Positions 13,770-34,100 of a stretch of 64,000 nucleotides of DNA are shown in pieces. The first letter of the stretch is position 1. The number at the start of each line of letters is the position of its first letter. The translations under genes were made by a program, and so were the position numbers. Under the pieces are notes generated by a model, which did not search any database, was not told where the DNA came from, and saw only the letters and a list, made by a program, of their open reading frames with translations. Origin of the DNA: Ascidiella aspersa (taxonomy: Eukaryota); contig OZ004613.1 of the NCBI GenBank assembly GCA_963924565.1, positions 13,330,001-13,394,000 of the forward strand, given 5' to 3'.

Positions 13770-16129
13770 ACGATGAACGCCGCAAAACGAGATTTCCTAT
13801 ATTGATTTTTTCGACACGGATACTCACATTTTAAATCAAATGTACCGCGATCCGCTGAAAATGACGTCAATAGTATCGTCCAGATAAACAAAATATAGGA
13901 CGTTAAAGCGTTTAAAGGTATTTTTTTAGACATTTTTTTTAGTCAAAATATTCTTTCGCGTTCTAGGTTTTGTTGCCTTCAGTTGTTGACCTTTTTTAAT
14001 GAATTCACCTTCAAAGGTGGAAAATTTTTGCGTATTGTTATTAAAAAAACAGATCCTCTGGTAATTGTAATTCATTTCTGCGTAGGATCGCAAATCAGAG
14101 ATAAAATACCCATTTTATTTTGGTACGGGATCAGTACCGATACTGCCCGATTATTGGACGAGAAACAGATATACAATTTGGCATCGGGTGTCGGCTCTGA
14201 TCCGATAATAGCTATACAATCAAAAAGGAATTGTCTGTTTGTAGAAAGCATTTGTTACGCTTCTTGAATGCACTTTTAAAACTTTTTTCTTGTTTAACAC
14301 TATTTTTTATATTTTGTTTTCATGAATTGTTTAGCGCCATGCTTAGTTGTTTTACGAACTAAACAAACGAAACCAATGCTTGATTATTATAGCTATTCCA
14401 AATATGTATCTCAAGAAGCTGTATTTAGGTTAACAAATGTATATCTTATACTAACCTTGTTGTTTCTGAATGATGTAGGAATCCTAAATCACATCAGTTT
14501 TGGCAGTTGGGCGTAAATTTGTAACAGACAAATTCGACCAAAATGCCTTAAAAACATTTATATGGTTTCAGATGTTGTGTTCCAATGAGTGTTTTACCTT
14601 CGTCTTTCTAACAAAATAAAACATTGAACAAATCTAAACACAAATGTACATTAAGGCAAACGGATCAATGGATTAAAACCAAAATTCTTCCTCCAAATGA
14701 TTTGCAGAGTTCCATCATTTGCAGTTATCAAGTTATTTTTTTTAATTATCGTTCGAACATGTTAAAATAAGCGATATTTTGTTTTAGCCTTTTTACAAAT
14801 AGACAAAAAGGCTTTACGAATTTGATGTTAACTCTGTGAACGTTTAAAATCTAAACCATAAGTGACTAATATTCAGGGCGATTTGATAAATAAATTATAG
14901 GAAATAGATTTTCAAAAAATTAATTACAGGTCATGACCTTCTTACGTGTTTTGGCATAACGTCAAACAATTTTGGCATGTGAATTATTATAAAACTTTAA
15001 ATGTTTGAATTGGGTTAGAATATTTGTTCTCTATAAAGCATCCAGGTGTAATTTTGAAACATTTTTTTGAGATTAAAAATGTCACAACTTTGCAAAAATA
15101 GTGCTACGTGAAATCGTGATTTTTAAATATGCAACACCAGTACCAAAAAATATTTTTGAGATAAGTTTGCCCAAAATAAAAGATTTTTGAGATAGTTTTC
15201 CCCAAAATGCTGATATGGTAGTGCTGTTATTAGCTAAATGAGATTAAGTAATTTCATGTTCTCTTTATTTGTTGGTTTCTGGAGTGCTGTTAACGCTTTG
15301 CACGTACAATGCGATTCTTCTGGTATCACAAAAAAATTTCAGACAAAGCACAACACAAAGGGGCCTATTCATGTCAGGTTATACTGAAGTGCGTGACTCG
15401 TTGACAGCGCCCAAATGGCAGCGAAACACATTTCAGGTTTAGCGACATTTCCGGCGCTCTATAGGTTTTAATAAGGCCTCACCCTCCTCAATCATCCGTC
15501 GCGACAAAACGAGGTGCGAAAAGGTTCGCCCTTCGTGGCATTCGCGGCTGCTTTCAATTTGCTTCGCGCTAACAACATTGCGGACAGCATTGCGCGCATT
15601 ACCGACGCGTCATTTGCGCGCGAAACAATTCGATTATTCTTGGCCACGCCGGTTCAATCGATAAAGAATAGCGCGATTTTGTCGCTCAGAGTAGGAAAAA
15701 AGCTTGTATCAGTAAAGAAAAAGATGCGGGGTGCGCGACCTGAAGCCTGCTGCCACCAATATATCCCAAGAGTATAACTCCGGCCAAAAAGTGAACCAGC
15801 CTTTACAAACCCAATTATGTAACTAAAATAAGATGTATATTCAGAAATTCACTCATAGGGGTGACAAACATATAAATACATTATTGGAAAATTTTTCACA
15901 ATATGGTATTCCACCTTTAAAAGTTACAGTTTTTGGTATGTTCGAAATTTATTACTGCACTTGTGCACGTTGGATTGAACTCGGGTATCACCATCAATCT
16001 ATCCGTTTCGCGTGCTGTTTGTTATTGTGACGCCAAACGGATGGATTGATTGTGATACTGTACATTCCAAATTTAACAGAGTTTTACGTGAATTTGGTTT
16101 GACAGTGGCGGTAACAAAATATCAGACCC

Positions 16130-16690
16130 TGGGTCCTGGGTAGGATGATTTCCCGACCCAAAGAGCCCGTGGCTATATTCAACACAAGGTGGGTGATTTA
16201 TTGCATTCCCTGTGCAGAATGACCCGCAGTGTGCATTGGGGAGACGGGACGAGCATTCAATACAAGATGTCCGGCAACACGATTCGTCGAAATCTGCTTT
16301 GTCCAGTCACGCGACAAAGCAACGTCATGACATCGACTTTGAAGGTGCATCTATTGTAACTCGAGAATGAGATTACCACCGCCGTGTCTTCCTAGAATCC
16401 TTGGCGATACACAATCATGCTAACCATGAACGTTAAGCAAGATACATTTCTTGCACCTTCCTATAAATTTTTGTGCAGTAGAAGGCTGCGGCCGGTTATC
16501 ACGTTCTCCTGTTATTCACGCCTTGATTCCTTTTTTCGCTTTGTTTTGCCACCTTGTTTTTTGTCTTTTGACTCACTGTATATATACCTTTCTGTAAAGC
16601 TACAAGTTTATTGGACTGAAGAAGATTACCCGTATAGGTAATCGAAACGTCGGCGCTGAATACATATTTGTCAGAAGAACCACTTTATAA
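16130..16690 (+). mobile_element. Decayed 3' end of a Penelope-like retroelement (GIY-YIG endonuclease remnant plus 3' UTR/pLTR)
   Basis: Translates RPKEP..VIYCIPCAE*PAVCIGETGRAFNTR, then after a frameshift SKSALSSHATKQRHDIDFEGASIVTRE*DYHRRVFLESLAI. This matches the PLE GIY-YIG pattern (VVYxIPC..YIGETGR..S(A/V)..H..H.IDF..R..LES). A hammerhead core follows. Confidence 0.85.
16612..16655 (+). ncRNA. Minimal type I hammerhead ribozyme motif (Penelope-associated), stem I apparently degraded
   Basis: CTGAAGA (16616-16622) A, stem II GATTACC-cgtata-GGTAATC (16624-16643, perfect 7 bp), GAAAC, GTC (16649-16651). Confidence 0.7.
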
Positions 16691-16985
16691 TTGTTTATCG
16701 TAGTTACGGAATCATTTACAAAGTGAAATCCATAAATAGCTAAACGTTTTTATGCTAATATAAGGTAAGCAACTGCAGCGTTGAATTGTAAAATTTGATC
16801 CGTTGAAAATGTGAAACTTAAAGGAACCTATTGGCCGGAGAGACTATAGTTTAATGACTAGCTTTTAATGACTAGAGCCTTTTATTTTAATTACGTTTAT
16901 AAAGCATTTTGTTAAGGTAAGTTTACCTATTATAAAATCTTTAATTATTATAGAACGCTTATGTACACCGTCGGATCAGTTAAAT

Positions 16986-17477
16986 CAGGGGTTCCCAACC
17001 TGTGGGCTATGGCCCCTAGGTGTTTTTTTTAAGTCTACTCCACTATAATAAAAGAGATCAATTAAAATTTAATGAACTCTTGAAGCTGAGAGAAGAGACG
17101 GCAACTCGTTTGAGCTTTGAGAAAGATAGTTTGACCACATTTTGGGCAAAACTAAACAATTCGTACCCTAATGGAATTGTCATGCCATTGCTGTTGCCTT
17201 TCCCATCAACATAACGTTGTGAATGTGGGTTTTCAACAATGTTATTAGTAAAGACAAAGCAGCGCAGTGCATTGTATATTCAATACGACATGCGGCTGGC
17301 CCTTTACCACTAAAATATGTCATAACCAATAAATGTACTATCATGTTTGTTGTGTCTTGTTTTTATATCATTTTATCATTCTAAATTTCTAACTACCGGG
17401 TACTTTATACACCAGTTTTTAATAAGAATGGCGTTTTCTATTTTTTTCAAAAGGTTGTGTAAAAAAGGCTGGGAACA
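16986..17477 (+). mobile_element. Internally deleted hAT (Buster/Charlie-type) transposon with transposase C-terminal dimerisation-domain remnant
   Basis: 5' TIR CAGGGGTTCCCAACC; 3' remnant AAGGCTGGGAACA; peptide FWAKLNNSYP..LLLPFPST*RCECGFSTMLLVKTKQRSAL..DMRLAL. Confidence 0.8.
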
Positions 17478-20400
17478 AGTTAAATACTTGTTAGGTTGCG
17501 TATGTTTTGCATAGGTGAGGCATTCTTTTTTAGCGATTTATAATATTAAGGCGGCGCTTCCAAATGAACTAAACAATTCCTCTAGACCTATCATTTATTC
17601 TGTTTCAAACATGGTTAGTTTACATAAGAAGTGGTCAAAATCAACTCAAGACGAGTGTTTTTGGTGATTCATATTTTTGGTGAAATCTTGTTTTTGGTAA
17701 AAATTAACCATTGAGATACTGTGTTGTTTGTTATTGTTAAACTATAGGTATCAGCTAATAAACCTTGCTTTGAAAGAATGTAAGTGACTCGCCTATAGTT
17801 TATTATGTTTTATCTAGTCTGCCCTGTATTGATTAGATATATTCAACTAAAAAGTATTTCCATACAATATTTCCTAATGGTCAGGTCACACTTTTTAATA
17901 TTTTACAGAAGGTTAAATTTAAATGTTGAGATCTGTAAGTGCACTAAATAAAATAAAAAAATAACTTTTGTTTAACGACGTTGTGTCAATATGCAAAAAC
18001 GCAAAACATTTAATTTTGGTTCTCTACACAAAGGACAAAGTGGTTACATTTTGTCACATTCTATTGATTTTGTTCTGATCAACATCTGAGCACTGACTGC
18101 CAGGCATGAAACCATTTCCAAAGGGATATTATTGTATTTACCGCGAGCAATGAAATACGGGCGCAAAGGGCAAACGCATTTCATTGCGAAATGCGCAACA
18201 GGCGCGATTTTGCGACGTAAATAAATTGCCAAATTGACGCGGAAGGCGAATCGAAACAACGAGCGAACATGGGTTGCTCGCCGAAATGCACCAACGACAT
18301 GCTTATGAAGCAATAGCATTTGCGAAACAAATGCTAAAATGAACAGACGAGATTTGCGCAAGGTTGTAGAAGTTTTTTATTTAGCTTTGAAACAAATAAA
18401 TGGTTAAATTTTATTCCTACACCATGCGAAACGAATTGTTACCTTGCGTGTTTTAAGAACCTCGTGAAAACATCGCTTAAATCGCGTAACTGTAAATATC
18501 GTTCTGCAATTCGTCGTCGGTGTGATTTTTTATAGGTTAGGACATCCGGCGAAAAAGTAATAAGTTACCAAAAAAGATAAACAACGTCCCTATCAAATGA
18601 TTGTCGAATGCACTATTAGTTCCATCTGGGACAATTCCAAGTTCCGTTAAAAAATTTCGCGCACGAGCACTTGAGACGAATGCCTTCCACCTCGCAGCTG
18701 CAAACGAATAGGCGTCAAGAAATTCAACACAACAAACCACAATAGGTTTTATCATATATAAAAGATAGGCTTTATCATATACAAAACATTCCTAAATTCC
18801 ATAAGTTCGTTCACTTTTTCTTGACTAATAACATTAGATATAAGTTAAACTTTCAAATTAACAGTCCATGTGCAAAACATTGGAATACGTATTTTTTTAC
18901 TTTTGGCGAATTTAGATTTTAACCAGTCTATACCTAATTGCTTTGTTTACTTTAGCCTTTGAAACGTTTTTTTTTAGTTTGAACCGAAGACCTGTTAAAT
19001 CTAATTAATGTGTAGGACATGTTTTTTTTTCATTTAAACAAGTTTCGCACAGTTCAAGTTTAGGTGAGTCCTTTCACAAAGGCCGTGCTTTTGTTCTCGA
19101 CCCTGTAACTGTCATTTCAAATAGGTTAACCCAAACACCATAGTAGTGTTTACTGGCAGCATGGTACTCTTTTTATTAATTAAATACTAATGGACAAAAT
19201 CAACGTTTTTATTTAGGCCCACTTCCGTTGCCTAAAACTGTTTCACAGTTTATCTTACCAAAAACGTTTGTTCTGATTTCCTCCGAGGGACGAACGTCTA
19301 CAGAAAAAACTCTGTTCCTGCAAATAAACGAAGTATGTCGCAAACCATTAAAACACCAACGTCATAATCCCGTCTTTCTTGAATTGGCAAATTTCGATTT
19401 CGAAGTAACGAAAAGTTTGTGCGGACTTAAAATTGACTCTTCATAAAATAAAACTCATACCTTGCAGTTGAAGTTGAACGCTCGTAACTCTCTCCAGGGA
19501 AAATCCGACAGTTCTGAAAATACAGGCAATTCGTTAATTTACTTGGTCATCTCTAAGTTTTCGCAAATTTCTAGACTACCACATTTTCATTAAACGCGAA
19601 ACCAAACACTTGCTTTATATTATGACTTTGCTATATTGGCATTCGATAATTTGCGTGCAAAACGGTTTTCTCGACGATAACAGTATATCAAATATATGCC
19701 AACTGAATGTTGATTCTTGACATCCCAGTTAAAATGTTTTGTCTGTATTATGATGTCAGTTGAACGTTTTGCGACTAAACAAACCTTCTGTATATTATAG
19801 TTCGTACCTGACAACGTCACTGTTAAACAGTTATCCGTCTAACTCTAACCGCCTTATCCCTATACTTAATTCCCAAAAACCACAAGTAGGGCAACGTACA
19901 TTTTTCACTTACTTTTTACAGTTATGAAGTTAGTGCCGATAACAGCTACGGCGAAGGTCACAAGCAAAAGTATAGGCGCACGAATACTGCTCATGGCGAT
20001 GTATATCGTTCTTGTTAAAAAAAACAGACAATTGCCAACGATAAGCTAGTTTTACACTTGCTCTCACGACGCTGGTTAAAATTGAATGTATGCATTGACG
20101 TTCGTGCGCTGTTTTATATGATGGCAGAAACCTTTAGGCTGGTACAATGTTTTGCGCATTTAATGGCCGCATTACTCGTCAAAGTTGTCTCTAAACTTCT
20201 GACGCATTTTCCCCTTTTCAATACGATATTTTTAGTTTCTTCAACGTCACCAGCTCGAAGACATAGAGCGTTTAATCATAAAATGGGACTTGGCAGTCCT
20301 TTTGACAACTAATCAGAGTGAGTCGACTCTCAAGGGCAGATTCGGGGCATTTAGGTCAAACGATCAGAGGCTCCTACAAACATAATACTAAAAAAACAGT

Positions 20401-20536
20401 CTGTTGAAATGTGGGTTTAAGAGATAAACTAAGAGAACTGCTGTGGACAGGTTTACTCGTGCTCAGTAAAGCCAACGCTTTAAAGCAAGAATCACAAAAC
20501 GCCTTGCTACAGAAAATGTCAATGAACGCGATAGAC

Positions 20537-20855
20537 CAGTGGTTCTTAACTGGAGTGATGCGGCATTCTGGGGTGCAATTTCTAATGCTTAACGGTGCCG
20601 AGAGATATTTGAAAACTTTGGGAATCTGATTTTTTCGCAACTCTTACCACGTTTCGTGAAAGAATACAGTGGAATAAAATCAATTAAAGCGTTCTACGTT
20701 GTGTAGAGTTGATGTGTGTTGTTTCAGTTCCGTTTATTGTGACATTCTAGTGATTTACCTATGGAAAATTTACCTATGGAAATCTTGTAAGGGTGTCGTA
20801 ATCTCTTGATTATTTCGGAGGGGTGCCGCAAGCCATAAAAGGTTGAGAATCACTG
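20537..20855. mobile_element. hAT (Buster-type) MITE
   Basis: TIRs CAGTGGTTCTTAAC / GTTGAGAATCACTG; 8-bp TSD CGATAGAC / CGTTAGAC with central TA. Confidence 0.8.
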
Positions 20856-21779
20856 CGTTAGACTATAGTCACTCGTCAGGTATATTTGATGACTTGTTGT
20901 AGCTCTTTGGAGAATACCGAAAGTTGTAAGTAGACCAACCATTATTATATATGCCCTACCGGTTAAAAGCAAAACAAATACCCTTCTCATAGGAACGCCA
21001 TTTAAACCTTTCGACTTATGTTTAGTTAGAAACAAATCTCATCACATTTACTCTTTTCGTTGCTTGTTGCATCGAAACAACATCATCAGTCTGATTATTT
21101 TTACAGGCTGATGAGCATCGCACTGAAAACAAATGTTAGTTGTTTAATTGCTTTAATAATGCTCTGTTTAAAAACCCGAGGGATGCTTAATTGTTGCACA
21201 TGCGTGACTTTGATTTGTCCAGTAATTTGTTCCAGTGAAAAGTTAATAAAAACTTTCTTAACTTGTACACCGGAAGCCATTAGATCACAATGTTGTACAC
21301 ATTTGTGTGGGTGTATCTTTCTTTACATCAGATACTGTTGTTTTATTCATGGCACGTTTAAAACGAATGTAATGTAAACGTTTGCAATAAAATAAATCAA
21401 ACAATGGTTTCCCGCATGTTCAATTTGAGTCTTTAAATCAGTTTTAATGATTAAAACAAGTTTGGGTTAACATTGTTGGTTTTGTATTACAAGGTTCATG
21501 CATTTAAAACTTAAAACAAAAATAATGCCAAAATGTTTCAAAACAGTGTTGATTTATTCATAATTTAAGAGGCATCTCAAATGGAAGTGTACAAATCGAA
21601 CTGAAAACACATTTAAATTATCGAAACAGACAAATATCAACTTAATGGCGTCATAAAGCGGAATTAAAAGAGTTTTACTGTAAATATGTGAAGGCTTGTA
21701 AAACCGAGCCAATCCTAATGGGATTAATCTACTTTGACAAACATTGTAAATGTGTGGTTAAGGGCGTTTCCACAGACGA

Positions 21780-27923
<6,144 letters not shown>

Positions 27924-30900
27924 TTTTGGACTGTATTTCTGAAAAAAAAACTCGCGACTTAGGCAAATATATAGAAGGGAATCATCGCCGATACTTTAAT
28001 TCAAACTACTTCGCTAAAATTTTTTGTCGATTTGTCTAGGTTCCTGAGTTTCGTCACGTGATTACAGATTAACCACGAGGTGAAAGTACTGTCCCTTAAA
28101 CATTGAATCTAAAACTCCCTCGGAAAGCAGATTTAGGTGCTATATATACTATTCACGGCTTATATCAAGCCGCTTCGATATTTGGGGTTTTGAAGTCCAT
28201 GATGGCCTACTTTTTGTTATGTATAAGCCCATTTCGCAGTAAGGCGCAGTGCGTTAAACATAAAACTTTTAATTTTTTTTATTATGCAAGTTTTTAAATC
28301 CTAATATATTTTACTGTATTTGTCTATGGGATTGCTTTTTCGATATTTTTGCCTCTGTCAGTTCGTTAAAGATGATAAAAATAGGCAAAATAAAACAACG
28401 AATCGTCGGCCAGCTTGACTCCAAGAAATTTAACTAGATTAACATACACAATGGATCTTTCTAAAATTACTTTTTGTAAACTTATAAGATATACGTACGT
28501 TTTATAGCACTACGCGCAACTCATGTTTGTCTTTTTTTATATTCACATAACACAGAAAGAATAACGCATAAGGTAAAAAAAAATAGAAATATATCTCGGA
28601 TATGAAAAGTATGTTTTTCTCGTTTCGATGTGACTAAGGCTTGCACTGTGACCCGTTCCAAATTGCTGTTAGCCGAACCTTTTCACTTAATGCATTTTTA
28701 ACAAGATAATCACATTGTTTTGCCGAACTTTTTCCCGACTTTCGTAGAGACTTATAGCTATGAGGTGAATAGTTCTATCCCTTCCCGACTGTTAGCAAAA
28801 AACTTCGTGACAAATATCCTTGCATTGGACCCATCCTCGAACTTGTGCCAAATACGTCTCCGTGTCAATTAAAAATTTTACATAATGTACGCTTTTTATC
28901 GCCACGCGTAACGTTTTGCTATGTTTCCTTGACCTTAAATTTATTTGCAAAATTTAAGCACTAGTTCGACAAGGACCCCAATTTGGTTTTGCTGATTTTT
29001 TGCAACGTTACGTTTTTTGGACGTCATCTTTAAGTATTAACATGCACCCGAATTTGAAAACAATTGCTCGTTTCCTGACGAGCCAACTATTTTCGACCCA
29101 CAAACAATATGCCAGTCAAACGTGGACAACCCATTTATAAGTTTCCCGATGCGCTGATTCATTCACTTATGTTCGTAATTTTTCTTTGCGTATTCCAAAA
29201 CTCCTTTTAGATACTTTGCAAATAAAGGCAAATTCAAGATGGCAGATTAAAAGGCGAAAAAATCCTTACGGACCTAGTTTAGCCTTCTTAGCTAAATTTT
29301 ACCTTAAACTACCTGTAAGCGAATGAATGCCCATGCTGCTTGGTTCACGCAAAATGAATGACAAAAATAATTCGCACATTGCCCACAAAACACCGATGTT
29401 TTGACCATTTAAATATCCACATATAAAGAAGTTTAGTGCTTCTACGCTTTTAAATAGGTCTTAAACCAACATTAGACATTTTAGGAAAATGGGGTCATTT
29501 AAGTGGTGTTTAACAACATCCTTCCTAAATCGGAAGCAAATATAAATATTTATTGCATCTGATAAAGGTTGAAGCTACGACGTAAATGTTTCTTAAATGA
29601 TTATATTTGAGGCATTTTTTTGTCAGCTACGTATATTCTGTCATTGCGTTTCTAGATAGCTTTAACCCGTTTATCAGTTCGTTCAAAGAAATTAAAATGA
29701 GGTAAATAAGCGTCCAGGTTGACGCCAATAGATTAAAAGAGACTAACAGTTAAAAGGATACGGTTACAAACTATAAGAGGTAAACGGTTACGGGTTTATT
29801 TCACGTTGAACGCGTTGTGTAATCGCGTTTTGTTAAATAAATATGTAATCCTAGAAAACCATCAATATTTTGGAAACAAACAAAATCAACCAATATAGAT
29901 CTATAGACTAGAGTATACATATAACAAATGAGCCCAAGCTAGGCTCATTTTAACATTATAGATCAAGCTTCAAAGAATTGAGTGTAAGATAATAGCATCA
30001 GTTATATTTTATATCTTCTTTACTTATTTCAAATCCCAGAAATAAGTCATCTATCCTAAGTAAACGTGCCCTTCTCCAAATATTTATGTGGCAACATTTT
30101 CATGAACTTTTCTAAGTTGCTGTAGAATTGTGGTCGGGCAACACTCTGTCCATTAGAACTGCTGGAACGGCGGCTGTCCTTCGTGAAATATACCTGCTTC
30201 TTACTATGCCATTTCAATCTTGTTCAAATCGGTTTAGACAGGGATAAGCAAACTACGGCTCGAATTCCGGCCAGCCAATGTCAGTCATCCAGACCGCCAC
30301 CTCTTTTCCCAACAGCGTACGAGGCCAGTTATCATATTTTTTGCTACTTCAAGTCTTGTACAGGCATTTTGTCGATTTGCGCTTTAATATTTAGATTGGA
30401 ACTTTTAAAAATGGAAGTTTATAAAACTTTTTGTATCTAAATACATTTCATTGCGCTTCACACCATTGTGTCTTTAAATATGAACACAACACAACAGTTT
30501 AAACTCTATACCAGTGTTTCTTAATCAGGTGAATGATTCAGCCAGCGTGAATACAATTTTGCATGGATCACCAACCAAAAAGGGGTACGTACAAAAATTT
30601 GGTGACTGTACTTTATACTTTATACCTCGCTCTGGACTCAAAAATAGTAGATTTGCAATGGTAAAACTTGGCTTGAGTTCGCATGAACCTTTTTGGGTTT
30701 GGTTCCTGTTTTTCTGAGTTGTGCGCTACGAAAAGGTTACCCATCCCTGTTTCTTTGTAAATCAGACTTAATACACAAACCTTAACGTTCTAAACAAACA
30801 GTGAGTTTGTTAGCACGGAAAATTTTTCTCATATTATCTTTTAAAAGTGCTGCTACATTTGTTAAAAAATCTGCATAGAGACGGAATAAAAAAATTATAA

Positions 30901-31148
30901 TTGCGACTAATGACCTCCAAAACTATGCTTGAAAAGGCTCTGCGAAAATTAAAGCACGTTAGGCAAAAACGATGAAAACATAATTAAAAATGGAAGTAAA
31001 CAATATAACTGGTGATTTTGGTGGCAGTGATTGCAACCACAAAGTTTTTCTTTCTACAGGCCTAAGTAATTTCATGTACACCGATGCTATGAGTTAAAAA
31101 ATATTAAAGATTAATGCAAAACAGGCGAAAGAATTTACAAACATATGT

Positions 31149-34100
31149 TCAGATATGCCGAATTTTCACTTGAATGCCGTTTTGTGACGATAACGAAGCT
31201 CCCGGTGTAATTTCGGGCTCCTTGCAATCCGAATCCAGGTAGATTTCAAATCTACGCAGAATCTGAGCAACCACCACCCTCATTTGATGCATGGCAAAGT
31301 GCTGGCCGATACAGTTGCTGACAAACAATTAAAAGAGTAAACATAACAGTCTGCTGAAAGTGCCTAGTCGATAGCGAAAATAGGAAGTCTCGGAAATATC
31401 ATATACGAGAAAAAAATAGTGGTTTATTTCAACGACGAAATTTTTATTTTGTGAAATTACGTAATGAAACATGTTAGTCAAAATATATTATTGAAGAGCT
31501 TACATGTGCCGGTGAGCTTTTGCTCGCACGTCAATTGACAATCGTACATAATAAAATGTTTAAAATAAATAGCAACATTCAGCCTTTTGAGAAAAGTTAA
31601 CTTACCGTGATCCAGCTGAAAACGGTATATAAGCGAACGATGATCTTTGCGAAGATCGTTCGCTGCTAAAACGATCAGGGTCGTAAACCTTTGGGAAAAA
31701 CACACAACATTTTAAATCAATGAAAAAATATTTTAGCACACTGTACAAATATTAGATAACGGAAAAAGGAAGATAAAACCAGCGGAAAAACGCACGCAGC
31801 ATTGATTTTTAATTTTAATATGCTTGACCGTTTCCGAAAATCAGCGCGTAAACTGTCACGTTTTCTCTTGAAATTAAAATTTCGTGTCGTCATTTCAAGC
31901 AGGCCAATCTAATTAGCGGATGGCCTACGATTCATCAGGAAAATCAAAATATTCCCGCACGTCAGTAAATCCACCAAATTTGTTTTTACGCGGATCCTTA
32001 TTGCTATGTTGCGCCAAATACAGGTTAATGTAACAATCCCCACATTTTACACACAAAAGCTTACATTCGGGTTTTCCCAAACGTGCGGATTCCGATGTAA
32101 GGCGAAAATATTGACGCCGACGTTTTGGCCGGGCTGAAGGACCACCTCCTTGTAGCCGTTAAAGCGATGAGAAAGGGTCATGGGAGCCGTGATGTCACGA
32201 CCGATGAAATGGATCACGGGCGCCAGACGCATACTCTCCTTGATGCACTGGGTCAGGAAGCCAAGTTTGGCCATGTCGATTCTAAATGCCAACCACGAGA
32301 TACGGTTTGAGAAAAGTTAGGTAAAGTCTTAATTTGCGGGAATAAAATTTAATTTAGTATAATTAACGACTTAGGCAACAGCAAATTAAGAAAACGTCAG
32401 CAGTATAAATAAAACAAATCCATGTTAAATAAAATTCAATTGTTCAATAGTATAGTATTTATCAGTTAAGGTTGTCAATTTTAAATAAGTTGTAACGCTG
32501 CAATAAACCAATATAATTTCACAGCAAGTGGCATTTTGGGGGTTTATTGTTCAAAGAACTTGGCATACGTTTTACTCACATTTCCAGGTCAGGTTTGTTT
32601 CCTAAAGCACCGTTTATCTCTTCTCTGCATTTTTCTTGAAATTCGGGATGCAAAGCAAGGTAATATAAGGTCCATGCCATTCCTGTAGGACAAATACAAT
32701 AATATTTTATTCATATATTTAGCCACAGCGACAATTTTTTGTAGTTTCATTTTTTAGTTTGGAATTTAATAGAACTAAATCAATATTGTTATAAGAACAG
32801 GCTGTAATTGTTGGTCTGTAGTTTCAGCAGGGTTAGACAAAATTATACAGATGTGGATTAGTCATTTAAAACAATGCTAGCAAACGACGTTCATACAATG
32901 CCATTTAATGTTGAATAATAGTTTTCGGCGTGATATTAGCACGTGGTGCTGCTTAGTGCGTTTTAAAAGCAAAGTCATGATTAACATGTCATCTGTGCAT
33001 GTAACTCAATATACAACAACTTACCGTTTGCAACTGTCTCTTGTCCTGCGCTAAAAAATGTCACCACTTCGTCTTTTACCTCTTCGTCTGTAAGTGCGAC
33101 ACCATGCTGATCCTGAAAACCCAAAATTACCACATTTGTTACACGAATAGTCCAATCAAAGTTGCACTATAGTACAGGGGTTCTCAAATTGTTCTTACAA
33201 TACCTTCTCTTTGTAGAACGACACATGTGTTGTAATACACGAAATCATAATATAGGTTTTTATTGTGTAAAGCAAATTTAAGAAATACTTTCAAAATACA
33301 CAGAGTGAGTCAACTGAAAGTCAAAGTTTTAAACATTTTATCATGGCATTGCCAATTTCAGCATATGGTGCTTCGTATGAAAATCATAACAATATTGTTA
33401 TAACTAACTATCACTCAGGGAGTAGAACCGAAGTCGAACCGGAGTCGAACCGGAACTATATGAACTGGTTTGGGTCAATTTTTTTCCGAACCGCAACCGA
33501 ACCTGAACCGTTTTTTTCAGTATGATTTTAAGGAGAAAAACCGGAACTGACCGAATAATTTGAAAGAACATGAACCTTAACCGAACCCGAATCTGTAAAC
33601 AAAAACGGTTCACTCCAGCATGATTTTACCAGTTGTGTTTTACAGAGTCAAGTTATGCCATGGTCAAAATTTTATTCAAAACATTTAAATGTTGATTAAA
33701 AACGTTTTAAACGGCTTTCACCCACGATATTACTGTCGTAGGTGGTTATACTTCAGTACAGTATGATATTTTAAAAATGACTGAATTAGGATTACGATCC
33801 GCTGAACCAAAACGTGTTGCAGAGCCACAGAATGGAACTGTTGAAAGGTTGTTTGCCCTTAAGCTTTAGAATAGTTTCTTAATTGGTTTTAAATTAATAA
33901 CTTCAACGGTTTTAGATTTATTTGGTAGAAAGTCAACGTCTTATATTGACCTTGTTTGTTTCGTGTTGTCGCTGACTTTAAGAAACTAACCTTCGTTTGC
34001 AACAAGACATCAAGGAAATCCACATATTTTCCCTTCCTCTTTGTGAACATAAACGTTTTTCCGCTGCCTTTATCTTGCATAGAAATCGACTCTGTTTCGC

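Noticed and set aside
18044-18361. 105-aa minus-strand ORF (and 15514-15777)
   Set aside because: No recognisable motif or exon partners; expected by chance in locally GC-richer DNA.
21107-21130. CTGATGA..GAAA resembling a second hammerhead
   Set aside because: No pairing stem II and no cleavage triplet in the right place.
33416-33600. GAACCG repeats as a CRISPR-like array
   Set aside because: Eukaryotic intron, irregular spacing; these are subterminal repeats of a MITE.
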